This document shows positions 19,095 to 28,723 of a stretch of 61,361 nt of DNA, piece by piece. The number at the start of each line of letters is the position of its first letter. Positions within the stretch are counted from its first letter, which is position 1. Below the pieces are notes generated by a model, which was not told where the DNA came from, made no database searches, and saw only the letters and a list, made by a program, of their open reading frames with translations. Made by a program: the position numbers and the translations under genes. The stretch comes from Terriglobales bacterium (GTDB taxonomy: Bacteria > Acidobacteriota > Terriglobia > Terriglobales > Acidobacteriaceae), in NCBI GenBank assembly GCA_035643915.1, contig DASQPN010000119.1:1-61361 (forward strand), written 5' to 3'.

Positions 19095-20150
19095 ATGCAA
19101 CGCTCTACAGTCCTGTCCCTTCTGTCTGTCGTGTTGTTGTTCGGCAGTCCGGCGAGCGCCCGATCGGCGATCTCGAACGATGGTGTACTGCCTGTGAAGT
19201 TGTATGAGGGCTATCTGATCATCGTGCAGGGTACGCTTGGCGATCTTGAGAAGCGCAACCTCGTGATCGACACCGGAGCTTATCCAAGCATTGTCGGTCG
19301 TGATATCGCCAAGAAGCTGCACCTTTTCGGGCACAGCGAAGAGCTGCGCGTGGCAGCCCATAACCTCAACAGTCAGGCAGCGTCCCTGCCGCACCTGCGT
19401 GTGGGACCCATTCAGGTCGAAAATCTGAGGATGATGGTGCAGAACCTTACACCGCTCTCCCTGAAGTTCGGGGCTCGCATCGACGCAGTGATTGGTCTCG
19501 ACGTGCTCGCACACAGCAGCTTTCGAATCGACTACGGCGAGAAAAAAATGATTTTCGGTTCGGTGGATCCCTTGCCGTTCTCGGCGCCACTCCGCTGGAA
19601 GACCTTCATGGCCTGTGTCGAGATCAGAGTCAATGACCATCCGACACACCTGCTGGTTGACACCGGAGCTGCCAACATCCTTCTTTTCAGCCAGCGCATG
19701 CCCTGGCTCAAAGGCCACTCCGGCAGGGTGCGCGACGCCACCAACCTCGGGGGTGACTTCGAGCTTCGCGAGGTCACGCTGGACAGCCTAGAACTGGCCG
19801 GCGTCAATCTGGGCCCGCGTGACATTTTGGTCTCCGATACTCTCAACATGTCGCCCTATCCTTTCGATGGACTCATGGCGACCGGGGAACTACGCCAGAT
19901 TGCGTTCGACTTCGAGCACCAGCAATTCAGCTGGCAACCGGTCAAGATGAGGGACGATCTCCTTCGGGCCGCGCGCGGCAGGGTAGCCCTGCCCCATTCG
20001 CGGGGGCTTACCTCCCCTGGCCCCGAACTAGGCCCGGCGGGAGCGCTGGGCCGGTGCGCACCAGATTCCCCCACCGGGTCGAGCGGGGTTTGCGCTCCTG
20101 CGGTACAGACCGGAACACCGAACAGTCATCACCCGCAGGTTGCGTTCTAG
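19095..20150 (+). CDS. Secreted protein with two retropepsin-like aspartic protease lobes
   Basis: Start chosen at ATG 19095 (signal peptide MQRSTVLSLLSVVLLFGSPASA). Two D-T-G motifs: NLVIDTGAYPSIV and HLLVDTGAANILLF. Confidence 0.6.
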   Translation: MQRSTVLSLLSVVLLFGSPASARSAISNDGVLPVKLYEGYLIIVQGTLGDLEKRNLVIDTGAYPSIVGRDIAKKLHLFGHSEELRVAAHNLNSQAASLPHLRVGPIQVENLRMMVQNLTPLSLKFGARIDAVIGLDVLAHSSFRIDYGEKKMIFGSVDPLPFSAPLRWKTFMACVEIRVNDHPTHLLVDTGAANILLFSQRMPWLKGHSGRVRDATNLGGDFELREVTLDSLELAGVNLGPRDILVSDTLNMSPYPFDGLMATGELRQIAFDFEHQQFSWQPVKMRDDLLRAARGRVALPHSRGLTSPGPELGPAGALGRCAPDSPTGSSGVCAPAVQTGTPNSHHPQVAF

Positions 20151-20155
20151 GGACG

Positions 20156-20193
20156 ACAAAAAATCAGGCCATCTCATGGGGGCGAGATGGCCT
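20156..20193 (-). terminator. Rho-independent terminator of the OmpA-family gene
   Basis: 10-bp stem AGGCCATCTC / GAGATGGCCT (20166-20175, 20184-20193). On the minus strand it is followed by a TTTTTT run. Confidence 0.7.
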
Positions 20194-20230
20194 GTGTTGG
20201 CGAAGTCCTCCGGGGAGGAGGGAAAATTGT

Positions 20231-21013
20231 TTACAAGCTCGGCGGTGTCTGGGTGCTGGCCGTCGGGCTCTGTCCAGGAGCAGCCGGCTGCTCCGGAGTC
20301 GCGTTGTCGCCCGTCGTGTTCGTCATCAGGCGAACATCCACGCGGCGGTTCTTGGCGCGGCCATCGGAAGTCTTGTTCGAGTCCACCGGCTTATCCTTGC
20401 CCAGTCCAATCAAGTAAATCTTATGCGCCGGGATGTTGTGCTGCGACGCCAGATACTGGATCACGGAGTTCGCGCGGCGCTGGCTCAGGTCGTAGTTGTA
20501 GTCCGCCGGACCGACTGAGTCCGTCCCGCCTTCGACCGTTACGAGGTAGCCCTTGGTATTCGGGACATCGGTTGCGAGCTGGTCAAGGGCTTCCTTGGCC
20601 TGCTTGGTCAGGTTGTCCCTGTTGAACCCAAAGTGCACCGAGGTCTCGGCTACCGGGCGATAGTTATCCAGGTTCGCCACCGTGTTCGTGAGCACATCCA
20701 CGCGCTTGGTCGCCACGTTGGCGATGGTTTGGGCCTGATCGGCGGTCTGACCGGCGGCCAGTGCCTTCTGGTCAACTTCGCTGGCCTTGGCCTGTACAGC
20801 CTCGATTCCAGCCTGCGCCCGAGCGTCTACGTCCTTGATGTCCTTGGTGTTCTTCGCGGTCAGGTCGTCCAGCTCGTTCGTTTTGTTGATGAGCGGCGTG
20901 GTCTCCTGCCGGACATAGTTCTTGGTGGCACATCCCACAGAAGCGGCCATGCCGGCCGCTAAGAGAATCGTTAACGAAGTGCGAGTCATAGTCTTAGAGG
21001 GCTCCTTCCTCAT
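20231..21013 (-). CDS. OmpA-family lipoprotein with coiled-coil N-terminal region
   Basis: Lipobox AASVGC. OmpA_C core VHFGFNRDNL...GGTDSVGPADYNYDLSQRRANSV...NRRVDVRL. Confidence 0.85.
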   Translation of the reverse strand: MRKEPSKTMTRTSLTILLAAGMAASVGCATKNYVRQETTPLINKTNELDDLTAKNTKDIKDVDARAQAGIEAVQAKASEVDQKALAAGQTADQAQTIANVATKRVDVLTNTVANLDNYRPVAETSVHFGFNRDNLTKQAKEALDQLATDVPNTKGYLVTVEGGTDSVGPADYNYDLSQRRANSVIQYLASQHNIPAHKIYLIGLGKDKPVDSNKTSDGRAKNRRVDVRLMTNTTGDNATPEQPAAPGQSPTASTQTPPSL

Positions 21014-21271
21014 CTGTACTTCCCTTTGAGTCCCTTGGGCTGCGAACTTTCGCGCCCTGCCGAGTACTAATGCACGGGGTATGCCAAGTCACGGAACCTG
21101 TGGCGTTGGCCGTAAACCATTCTACAGCAATGTCTTGCATGATGCCGCAAATAGTTTCCGTCAGACAACATGGAGCAAAGGAAACACACGGCCATAGAAA
21201 TTTTATACGGTTGCGGTCGGCCCGAAGCCAGCAAACCGCAAAACCCGCTAGACTTCTAGTAAACGCTTCGG

Positions 21272-23179
21272 ATGGATCTCCTCCAGAAAATCCGGACTCT
21301 CCCCACCGAGCCTGGTGTGTACCTGTATAAGAACGCTGAAGGGGAGGTCATCTATGTCGGCAAGGCCAACAACCTGCGCAGCCGCGTCGCCTCGTACTTT
21401 CATGAAGGCCGCTGGCAGGACGCCAAGACGGGCACCCTGGTCCGCGAGGCGGTTGACCTCGATTACATCGTCGTCGCCAACAACAAAGAGGCCCTCGCGC
21501 TCGAAAACAACCTGATCAAGCAGAAGAAGCCGCGCTTCAACATTTTGCTGCGCGACGACAAGACCTATCCCTATGTGAAGCTCACGCTCGGCGAGCGCTA
21601 TCCGCGGGTCTACGTGACCCGCCGCCTGCGCAAAGATGGCGGCGCTTACTATGGACCGTACTTCCCTGCCAACCTTGCGTACCGGATCGTCGACCTGATT
21701 CACCGACACTTCCTGATTCCGTCCTGCAAGGTTGACCTCACCCGCTTTCATCCCCGCCCGTGCCTGCAGTACTACATCAAACGCTGCCTGGGGCCCTGTG
21801 TTGAAGGCCTCACTACGCCGGAGATCTACCAGGAGGCGGTGCGCGACGTGAAGCTGTTCCTGGAAGGCCGCCAAACCGATCTGGTTCGCTCCCTGCGGGA
21901 GCGTATGGAGGAAGCCGCCACCGGGCAGGAATACGAGCGAGCCGGGAAGTATCGCGATCTGATCTCGACGGTCGAACAACTGCAGGAAAAACAGCGCATG
22001 GCGTCGGTCGAAGGCGACGACGCGGACGTTTTCGGCTACCACTACGAAAATGGCATGCTGGCGGTGAATCTGTTTCACATGCGCGGCGGCCGGGTGGTTG
22101 ATCGAAGAGAATTTTTCTGGGAAGACTTGCCCCACTTCGAACCCGATGCTGAGACCGCCAAGGACCGCGCAAGGACGGCCGCCCCCGGTCGTCCAGCCGC
22201 GCAAAGCGCAGCGACTCCCGAACAGGCCTTTCATCCCGCGGACTTCTTCTCGGCCTTTCTCAGTCAGCTCTACCTAGGCCAGCCTTACGTCCCGCGCAAG
22301 GTCTACGTTCCCACCGACTTCGAAGATCGCGAGATGCTGGAAGAGCTTCTCTCCGAGCAACTGGCCCACAGGGGCGCTCGGGCCACCCGAGTCCACATCG
22401 AAGGTCCCCTCCGCGGTGAGAAGCGTTCCCTCATCGACTTGGCCGGGAACAATGCAAAACAATCCTACGATCAGCGCTTCCGAGTCATGAAGCCAAACAC
22501 GCGCGCAATCCAGGAAGCGCTGCAAGACGCACTTGCGTTGCCCGAACGGCCAGAGCGCATCGAGTGCTTCGACATCTCCCACATTCAGGGCGCGGAAACC
22601 GTGGCCTCTATGGTGGTATGGGAAGACGGCCGTATGAAGAAGTCCGACTATCGGAAATTCATCATCAAGACGGTCGCGGGCGTGGACGACTTTGCTTCCA
22701 TGCGCGAAGTGGTCACGCGCCGCTACGGGCGGCTGCAGGAAGAAAAGAAGAAGATGCCCAGCCTGATCCTGATCGACGGTGGCCTCGGGCAGCTGCACGC
22801 CGCTGCCCAGGCGCTGGAGTCACTGGAGATCATCAACCAGCCTCTGGTCTCGATTGCCAAGCGCGAGGAACTCATCTACGTGTACGGACAGGAAGACGAA
22901 CCCGTCGCGCTCGACCACCACTCGCCGGTCCTGCACGTGGTGCAGCTGGTCCGCGACGAAGCTCACCGCTTCGCCGTGACTTTCCACCGCAAGCGCCGCC
23001 AGATGCGCGACCGCTCCAGCGAACTGCTCGAGATCCCGGGCGTCGGCGCCAGCACCACCCGCCGCTTGCTGGAGCATTTTGGGAGCGTCCAAGCCGTCAA
23101 GCAGGCAGATGCGGCGGCGTTGTCGGCAGTCGTGACACACACCCAGGCGGACGCGATTCTGAGCCACTTTCGGAAGTGA
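21272..23179 (+). CDS. uvrC: Excinuclease ABC subunit C
   Basis: GIY-YIG GVYLYKNAEGEVIYVGKANNLRSRV; UVR motif EYERAGKYRDLISTVEQL; endonuclease region IECFDISHIQG; C-terminal HhH LLEIPGVGASTTRRLLEHFGS. Confidence 0.95.
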   Translation: MDLLQKIRTLPTEPGVYLYKNAEGEVIYVGKANNLRSRVASYFHEGRWQDAKTGTLVREAVDLDYIVVANNKEALALENNLIKQKKPRFNILLRDDKTYPYVKLTLGERYPRVYVTRRLRKDGGAYYGPYFPANLAYRIVDLIHRHFLIPSCKVDLTRFHPRPCLQYYIKRCLGPCVEGLTTPEIYQEAVRDVKLFLEGRQTDLVRSLRERMEEAATGQEYERAGKYRDLISTVEQLQEKQRMASVEGDDADVFGYHYENGMLAVNLFHMRGGRVVDRREFFWEDLPHFEPDAETAKDRARTAAPGRPAAQSAATPEQAFHPADFFSAFLSQLYLGQPYVPRKVYVPTDFEDREMLEELLSEQLAHRGARATRVHIEGPLRGEKRSLIDLAGNNAKQSYDQRFRVMKPNTRAIQEALQDALALPERPERIECFDISHIQGAETVASMVVWEDGRMKKSDYRKFIIKTVAGVDDFASMREVVTRRYGRLQEEKKKMPSLILIDGGLGQLHAAAQALESLEIINQPLVSIAKREELIYVYGQEDEPVALDHHSPVLHVVQLVRDEAHRFAVTFHRKRRQMRDRSSELLEIPGVGASTTRRLLEHFGSVQAVKQADAAALSAVVTHTQADAILSHFRK

Positions 23180-23222
23180 ATCTTTCCATCCAAAGGAGGA
23201 TCGAGCGCTCTCGGTCAAAGAC

Positions 23223-23729
23223 CTACGTCCCATTGGGCGCCGGGCTATCATTCCCCATATCCAGCACGACCTTCCATCTGCCGTCTTTTTGCCTCTTCCA
23301 AATGCTGGTGTACTTCCCATGCCCCACCACAGGCTTACCATCCTTGTCCTTGGAGCGGAACTCGAAGGTTCCGTAGGTGTAGCCCAAATCACCGGAGGAG
23401 GCCATGTCCGCATAGACCGGCGTCCAGACAAGCTGGTTGTCTTTGTTATTCAGGAAGCCCATCGTCTTCGCGATGTTGTCTTTGCCCTGGATTGCGTCCG
23501 CGCCGTTGGGTAGCTCGACCGCATCTTCGGCGTAGTACGACATGTAACCGTCCGCGCCTCGTACTGCCGCCGCGTTCATGAACTCGCCTTCCAGTTTAAG
23601 CAGATATTCCGCCGTAGCCGGTTTCGGATCTGCCCCAGACGAGCGCACACCGCTCCCAACAACCGATCCCACGATGACTGCTGCGAGCACAGCAACCGGA
23701 CAAGTTTTCATAAGAATCTCCTCGAGCAA
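23223..23729 (-). CDS. Secreted SnoaL-like / DUF4440 (NTF2-fold) protein
   Basis: GYMSYYAEDAVELPNGADAIQGKDNI...GKYTSIWKRQKDGRWKVVLDMGN, a typical DUF4440 ending. Confidence 0.65.
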   Translation of the reverse strand: MLEEILMKTCPVAVLAAVIVGSVVGSGVRSSGADPKPATAEYLLKLEGEFMNAAAVRGADGYMSYYAEDAVELPNGADAIQGKDNIAKTMGFLNNKDNQLVWTPVYADMASSGDLGYTYGTFEFRSKDKDGKPVVGHGKYTSIWKRQKDGRWKVVLDMGNDSPAPNGT

Positions 23730-23870
23730 GCAGGCGAGATTCTATCCCATCGCAATTCGCGACCACGAGCACAGTCCCCCCGACGCCTTCCTGTTAAACT
23801 ACCTGTCGTCGTACGGCGGGACCCCCCGCAGCGCATCAGTTTTCGCGTGCACATCGATTCAGAGGAGAGA

Positions 23871-24419
23871 ATGATGAGCTCTGAAGAGCTCCAGGAACTT
23901 CGGGAACACGCCGAACACGCGAAACACAATCCCTCGCTCGCGCCCGTCTCCCTCAGCATGGCAATTCTGGCCGTGCTGGTGGCCGTGGTGTCGTTACTGG
24001 GACACCGGGCACACACCGAAGAAGTGATCCTCCAGGCCAAAACCTCGGATCAGTGGGCGTACTACCAGGCAAAAAATATTCGTGGGCATGAGGACAAGCT
24101 ATTTGCGAGTCTGACCGCGATTGCCACCAGCACGAACCCCGAATCCCTGGCAAAGGTCAGGGAAGAGTACTTGCAGGAGTCCGATCGCTACAAGGACGAC
24201 CAGAAAGAGATCGAGAGCGAGGCCCGCAAGCTGGAGCAGGAGGTTGTAACGGAGCGTAGGCGCGCCGACCGCTACGATCTAGGGGAGGTGTTCCTGGAGA
24301 TCGGGCTGGTGGTGACCTCCATCACGCTGCTCTCGGGTCGGAAGATCTTCTGGCACCTTGGCTTGTTGATGGGCGCGCTCGGCGTGATAGTGGCTGTGAC
24401 AGGGTTCCTCGTGAAATAG
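23871..24419 (+). CDS. DUF4337-like membrane protein
   Basis: SD GAGGAGAG then ATG 23871. EHAKHNPSLAPVSLSMAILAVLVAVVSLLGHRAHTEEVILQAKTSDQWAYYQAKNIR. Confidence 0.65.
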   Translation: MMSSEELQELREHAEHAKHNPSLAPVSLSMAILAVLVAVVSLLGHRAHTEEVILQAKTSDQWAYYQAKNIRGHEDKLFASLTAIATSTNPESLAKVREEYLQESDRYKDDQKEIESEARKLEQEVVTERRRADRYDLGEVFLEIGLVVTSITLLSGRKIFWHLGLLMGALGVIVAVTGFLVK

Positions 24420-24780
24420 GCCGGACTTTGGGATTTGTCCTTCCCACCGCCTTTCGCAACTTGCGTTTATTCAGGCTTCTCGATCCCGTATCCTCTTCAA
24501 CCCGGCCCACTTTGGCCGGGGATGCAGAGACATGGCCCCACCCCCGAACTGGAACACACTCCCACCCGTCGCCGGTCACGTTCAGAAATGACTCCCCTCA
24601 CAGCTGACAACTCCTCAAAAGCCGACACCTAAGCACGTAAGGCGAAATGCGCTGAGGTCTGTTGCAGCGTTTTTCTGCCGCGTGTGGATCAGCGGTTCGT
24701 TTCGCAACAGCCGGTTCAGCCCGCGCGAGCCGCCACTGTTTCCACTAGGCGGTTGAATGGCGAAGGAGAGGAAAGCAATC

Positions 24781-24978
24781 ATGAAGACGACGAAGCCGGT
24801 CATGCTGGCCATGACGGTCGCTGTGGCCCTGGTCACCGTGATCCCCGACTTGTCGCGGGCGGCGGATGACGGCGCGGCCATCTACAAGACAAAGTGCGCC
24901 GCCCGCCATGCCGCCGATGCTGCCGGCAAACCGGCTGCCGGTATTCCCGGCCTCATCGACGACGGTCTTCTGGGGTGA
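24781..24978 (+). pseudogene. Possible degenerate small c-type cytochrome (heme motif lost, truncated)
   Basis: SD then ATG 24781. The signal peptide is followed by DGAAIYKTKCAARHAADAAGKPA, where CxxCH would be expected (CGC Arg where TGC Cys would be). Stop after 65 aa. Confidence 0.3.
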
Positions 24979-25360
24979 AAAAGGACGGCGGCAGGCGAGC
25001 ACTGCTGACCCCAGAAGACTGCCCGGCCCCCCCTCCAAGACCCCCACAAGCCGCTACCTCAGCGGCGGGCCGGACATTTTCCTGGGTTGTCCGTCATCAC
25101 TCGCCTGACGGTTCCGCGCCCCTATTGCCTCGCCGAGTCGTTTCGGGTCCCTATGGATCAGGGACCGAAGAGGTACCGACCCGCATAACCGCATCAGCGT
25201 CCTAGCTCGTCACGTCACTCTCAGTGTGTCAGCCCTGGCACATCGTCTTCAGCGCGACACGACCTGGATGCGACGGGAACCCTATAACTCATTTCTTATC
25301 AGTCGCATGAGGAATGGGCCCAGCCCTGCCACTTGAGTTGCGCAAGTCGAAGCTGAGGAC

Positions 25361-25987
25361 GTGGCGACGATGGATGAGACGACCATGGATGAAACAAGGA
25401 GAAGAGGCGCCGACCGAAAAGGCCGGGCGGCGCTGGTTCTTGCCCTCACGGTGGCCCTTACGGCTTCCGCTTTCGGGCAGAACAACGCTCCCGCCCCAGT
25501 AGTCCCACCACGCGCGAAGAGGCGGGTCATCGTCAGCATTCCGGATCGCAAGCTTGCGGTGTTGGAAAACGGGGTCGTGATCCGCAGGTTTGCCGTTGCG
25601 GTGGGGGCGGTGGTCAGCCCGAGTCCGACCGGCGAGTTCGAGATCATCAACCGTCTGGCAGAACCGACCTACTACCACCCCGGGGTTGTTATTCCGCCCG
25701 GTAGCGGCAACCCTCTCGGCCCGCGCTGGGTGGGGCTCAATAAGCAGAGTTATGGCATCCACGGAACCAATGCTCCCGGTTCGATCGGGAAGGCGGCATC
25801 GCACGGCTGCATCCGCCTGCGCAATCCCGACATCGTGCAGCTGTTCACGATGGTGAGGGTGGGTGACACGGTCGAAATCCGCGGTGAACGCGATGAGCAG
25901 ATCGCTCGGATCTTCGGCGGTGAGGTCAGTGCGCCGGTGGCGGTTGCGCAAGCGCGGTCTTTGGCAGCAGTGGGCGGCGGGCAATAG
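25361..25987 (+). CDS. L,D-transpeptidase (YkuD family)
   Basis: PSPTGEFEIINR...NPLGPRWVGLNKQSYGIHGTNAPGSIGKAASHGCIRLRNPD, containing the catalytic SHGC(I/V)R motif. Confidence 0.85.
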   Translation: MATMDETTMDETRRRGADRKGRAALVLALTVALTASAFGQNNAPAPVVPPRAKRRVIVSIPDRKLAVLENGVVIRRFAVAVGAVVSPSPTGEFEIINRLAEPTYYHPGVVIPPGSGNPLGPRWVGLNKQSYGIHGTNAPGSIGKAASHGCIRLRNPDIVQLFTMVRVGDTVEIRGERDEQIARIFGGEVSAPVAVAQARSLAAVGGGQ

Positions 25988-26025
25988 GTTGGGGTAAACA
26001 CTAAGGACTCTATAGGAGAAAGGTT

Positions 26026-26196
26026 ATGCAACTGGTAATCACAGCGATCGCAGTCGGAGCGGGGATGGTTTTCTCATTGGCTATCGCACTCCTGGTGGAG
26101 GAATTGATTTTCGGGGAAGTGTTCCGCTTGTTGTTTGCCCGGCAGCCGGTGCGGGTTGAAGGCAGGGCAGAAGGGCTGAGCGCGGAGTTGGAGTAG
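26026..26196 (+). CDS. Small (56 aa) single-TM protein, hypothetical
   Basis: Below the track cut-off. SD AGGAGA 6 nt before ATG 26026. MQLVITAIAVGAGMVFSLAIALLVEELIFGEVFRLLFARQPVRVEGRAEGLSAELE. Confidence 0.4.
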   Translation: MQLVITAIAVGAGMVFSLAIALLVEELIFGEVFRLLFARQPVRVEGRAEGLSAELE

Positions 26197-26211
26197 GGAT
26201 CAGGATTGCTC

Positions 26212-27384
26212 ATGACGCCGAGTCGGCCCGGGGAATTGCACCCCGAGCCGCTCACAGATCCGGACTTGAACCTCTCGATTCATCCGGCTCGTGCCACCCA
26301 ATGAAGACTGCCGTCCTCCATCTCGACCGTATCGGTTCCTCCTGTTGCCAGTTGACCAAACCGGCCAAGACGCGAGTGGCCTGTCCCCTTCGCTCCCCGG
26401 GCATTACCCCGGTTCCTCACTACTACGAGACAGTCCGCCCCTGCTCAACGGATCAGTACTTTCGGCCTCGCGGGGCTTCCGCTTGTGCCTTTTCCCTTAG
26501 CACCGCCGGCAGGTTCTCAAGTTCCGTACCAGAGCCCGGGATAGAGTCACGCCACCTGTGCACCGGACACCACATGGCCAGTAAGCAGGTTTCCGCCATG
26601 CCTTTTCCCAGAGAAGATGGGCCGCTCCGGTTTCGATGTCATCGGTTGATCCGCTTCGATGCTTTCTCAGTGGTTCACTTGCGTTCGTCTCTCTATTCCA
26701 CACATGACGTGATTTTCTCACGTCTTTTGACCATGACGTTCACCACCGCGGCTTTTGACCGAAGCAGCTCATGGCTGTTTGAAGCCTGTTCCTACAAACC
26801 GGCTTCGAAGGGCCTTCCTTCATGTCCAGCACAGCATCGTGCTCTTACGAGCGCGTTCTTGACACAACCCCTCCACGGATCCGGACGAGCGGGTTTCCCG
26901 CACCCGGCTCTTGCCTTAGGTAACGACGCCCATGCGCCGCAGGGGATAGGGATGACAGACAGAAGGCAGAGGCGACTTCTCAGGTACTTCAGGTCTGTCC
27001 GACTTCCCAGGTCCGTTCGTCATCGGCGTACGTCCTTAGACTTCCCGATGCGTCCCAAGTCCACTGTGGCCCTGGGCGAGCCTGGGATATCCCGGTTCCC
27101 GCGCGAGGTGCTTCCGTACGTGCACGGGGTCTCTGACCGCGCGGGACTCTGGCACACCTCGCGATATCGGTGCACCGGATGGGGCCTTCCGCATCTCCTG
27201 ACAGCGTCGGCGTCCCGGAGCAATTGTCTTACGCGGCTCAATACCCGGCCCGCACGTTCCCTTGTCAACGCTTCGACGCCGCCCTCGCGAGCGGCTCCGC
27301 ATGACTCGGGGCCGATGTGGGTCGCTGGTCCACTTTCGTATGACTCTTTCATTCACTACACCTCGCCGGTTTTAACCGGCGCAC
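26212..27384 (-). mobile_element. Bacterial group II intron lacking an intron-encoded protein (ORF-less / IEP-deleted); 3' boundary approximate
   Basis: On the minus strand the 5' end reads GUGCGCC at 27384. The 34-nt domain V is complement(26257..26290), GAGCCGGAUGAAUC-GAGA-GGUUCA-AG-UCCGGAUC, with an AGC triad, GNRA loop and 2-nt bulge. Domain VI has a bulged A at 26223. Domain-I sequence gives the familiar spurious peptide ESYESGPATHIGPESCGAAREGGVEALT. Only about 35 RT-like codons remain (around 26487-26612). Confidence 0.8.
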
Positions 27385-27397
27385 CAGGAGAACCACT

Positions 27398-28723
27398 ATG
27401 TTGTTCCTGAAGTACTTGCTGATGACCGGCGGCGTCGGGATGATCCTGATCGCCTTGGGAATTTTCGCGTATGACCTGACTATGGAAATGCGGTACCGGC
27501 AAGCCGTGGCGGCGGAAGGTCCGGGGCCGCTGCCTGCCATCCCAAAACTTCGCTGGCGGATCGCGATGGCACTTGCAATGTTGGCGTGGGCGCCGATCCT
27601 GATCGCTTTGAGCATCGTCGTGATTCCCAGCGGGACGGCAGGAGTTCGAGTGAGCCAGACGCAAGGGACGTTGGCTGGAACACTGTACCCAGGCGTCCAC
27701 TTCGTGACTCCCCTGCTTGAGAAAGTGGAACTGTTCGATACGCGGGATCAACTGTTTACAACCGGGTCGATCGAGGACGAAAAGACCACGACTGGGGCAA
27801 TCGTCAAAGCGCGGCCGCTGAATGTTCAGGCGAAAGAAGGCCTCACACTGGGACTGGCCATCACCGTGCGGTACCGGGTCGATCCCAAGCGGCTGGATTC
27901 CGTGGAGGCGAACCTGCCGCAGCCGGTGGAGAAGGAGATCGTTCCCCCCGTGGTGGCGAGTGTATGGCGGGAAATCGTGCCGAACTACACGGTGCGCGAT
28001 GTTTTCGCAGCAAAACGTGAAGAGGTGAGGATGAGGGCGGCAAACATCATCATGCAGAAGCTGGCAGCCGATGGAATCGTGGTGAAGGAAGTCATGCTGC
28101 GCGATATCCAACTGCCGCCGGAATACGCCAAGGGGCTGGAAACGCTGCTGCTGAAGGAGCAGGAAAATGACCGGATGGGGGTCGATACCGAGATCCAGCA
28201 AAAACACGTGAAGATTGCGGAGCTCGAGGCAGAGGCGACCAAGGTCCGGCAGGTAAAGCAGGCGGAGGGAGAAGCTCAAGTGCATGTGCTGCAAGCCAAA
28301 GGCGAAGCGGACGCAATGCAATACACCCTGCCGTTGAAGGCAAAGCAGATTCAGCAATCGAAACTCGAAGCCGAGGCTCGAAAGGAATCGACCATCAAGA
28401 ACGCAGAAGCGGCCGCGGAAGCCAAGGTGATCGACAGCCACGCAGAAATGGAGCGTCGGAAGCTGTTGGCGGACGCGGAGGCAGACCGGATCCGAGTGAC
28501 CGCAGCCGCGGATGCAGAAAGGCTGAAGGGCGAGGCCGCGATCCTGAAGCAGAATCCGCTGCTCATCAACAAGATCGTTGCCGAGCGGCTCTCCGACAAG
28601 TTGCAGATCATGATGGTTCCATCGGACGGTAAGTTTTTCTTTGCCAATGACGTGCTGCGCAGTATGAACGTGGCAAACCACACCAGCCAGGCGGAACAGC
28701 CCGAGGATCCGCAAGACAAATAG
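27398..28723 (+). CDS. SPFH/band-7 (prohibitin/HflC-like) membrane protein with long charged coiled-coil tail
   Basis: Two N-terminal TM spans. SPFH core GTAGVRVSQTQGTLAGTLYPGVHFVTPLLEKVELFDTR...LTLGLAITVRYRV. E/A/K-rich C-terminal half. Confidence 0.85.
   Translation: MLFLKYLLMTGGVGMILIALGIFAYDLTMEMRYRQAVAAEGPGPLPAIPKLRWRIAMALAMLAWAPILIALSIVVIPSGTAGVRVSQTQGTLAGTLYPGVHFVTPLLEKVELFDTRDQLFTTGSIEDEKTTTGAIVKARPLNVQAKEGLTLGLAITVRYRVDPKRLDSVEANLPQPVEKEIVPPVVASVWREIVPNYTVRDVFAAKREEVRMRAANIIMQKLAADGIVVKEVMLRDIQLPPEYAKGLETLLLKEQENDRMGVDTEIQQKHVKIAELEAEATKVRQVKQAEGEAQVHVLQAKGEADAMQYTLPLKAKQIQQSKLEAEARKESTIKNAEAAAEAKVIDSHAEMERRKLLADAEADRIRVTAAADAERLKGEAAILKQNPLLINKIVAERLSDKLQIMMVPSDGKFFFANDVLRSMNVANHTSQAEQPEDPQDK

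Noticed and set aside
21248-22234. 328-aa minus-strand ORF
   Set aside because: It is antisense to uvrC, which has unambiguous GIY-YIG and UVR motifs.
26301-27410. 369-aa ORF covering the LDT-SPFH intergenic region
   Set aside because: It lies entirely antisense to the group II intron ribozyme (domains I to VI recognised on the minus strand). It is Ser/Arg/Pro-rich with no domain, and it runs into the SPFH start.
27356-28714. 452-aa minus-strand ORF
   Set aside because: It is the antisense shadow of the SPFH/band-7 gene, which has clear family motifs and an SD.
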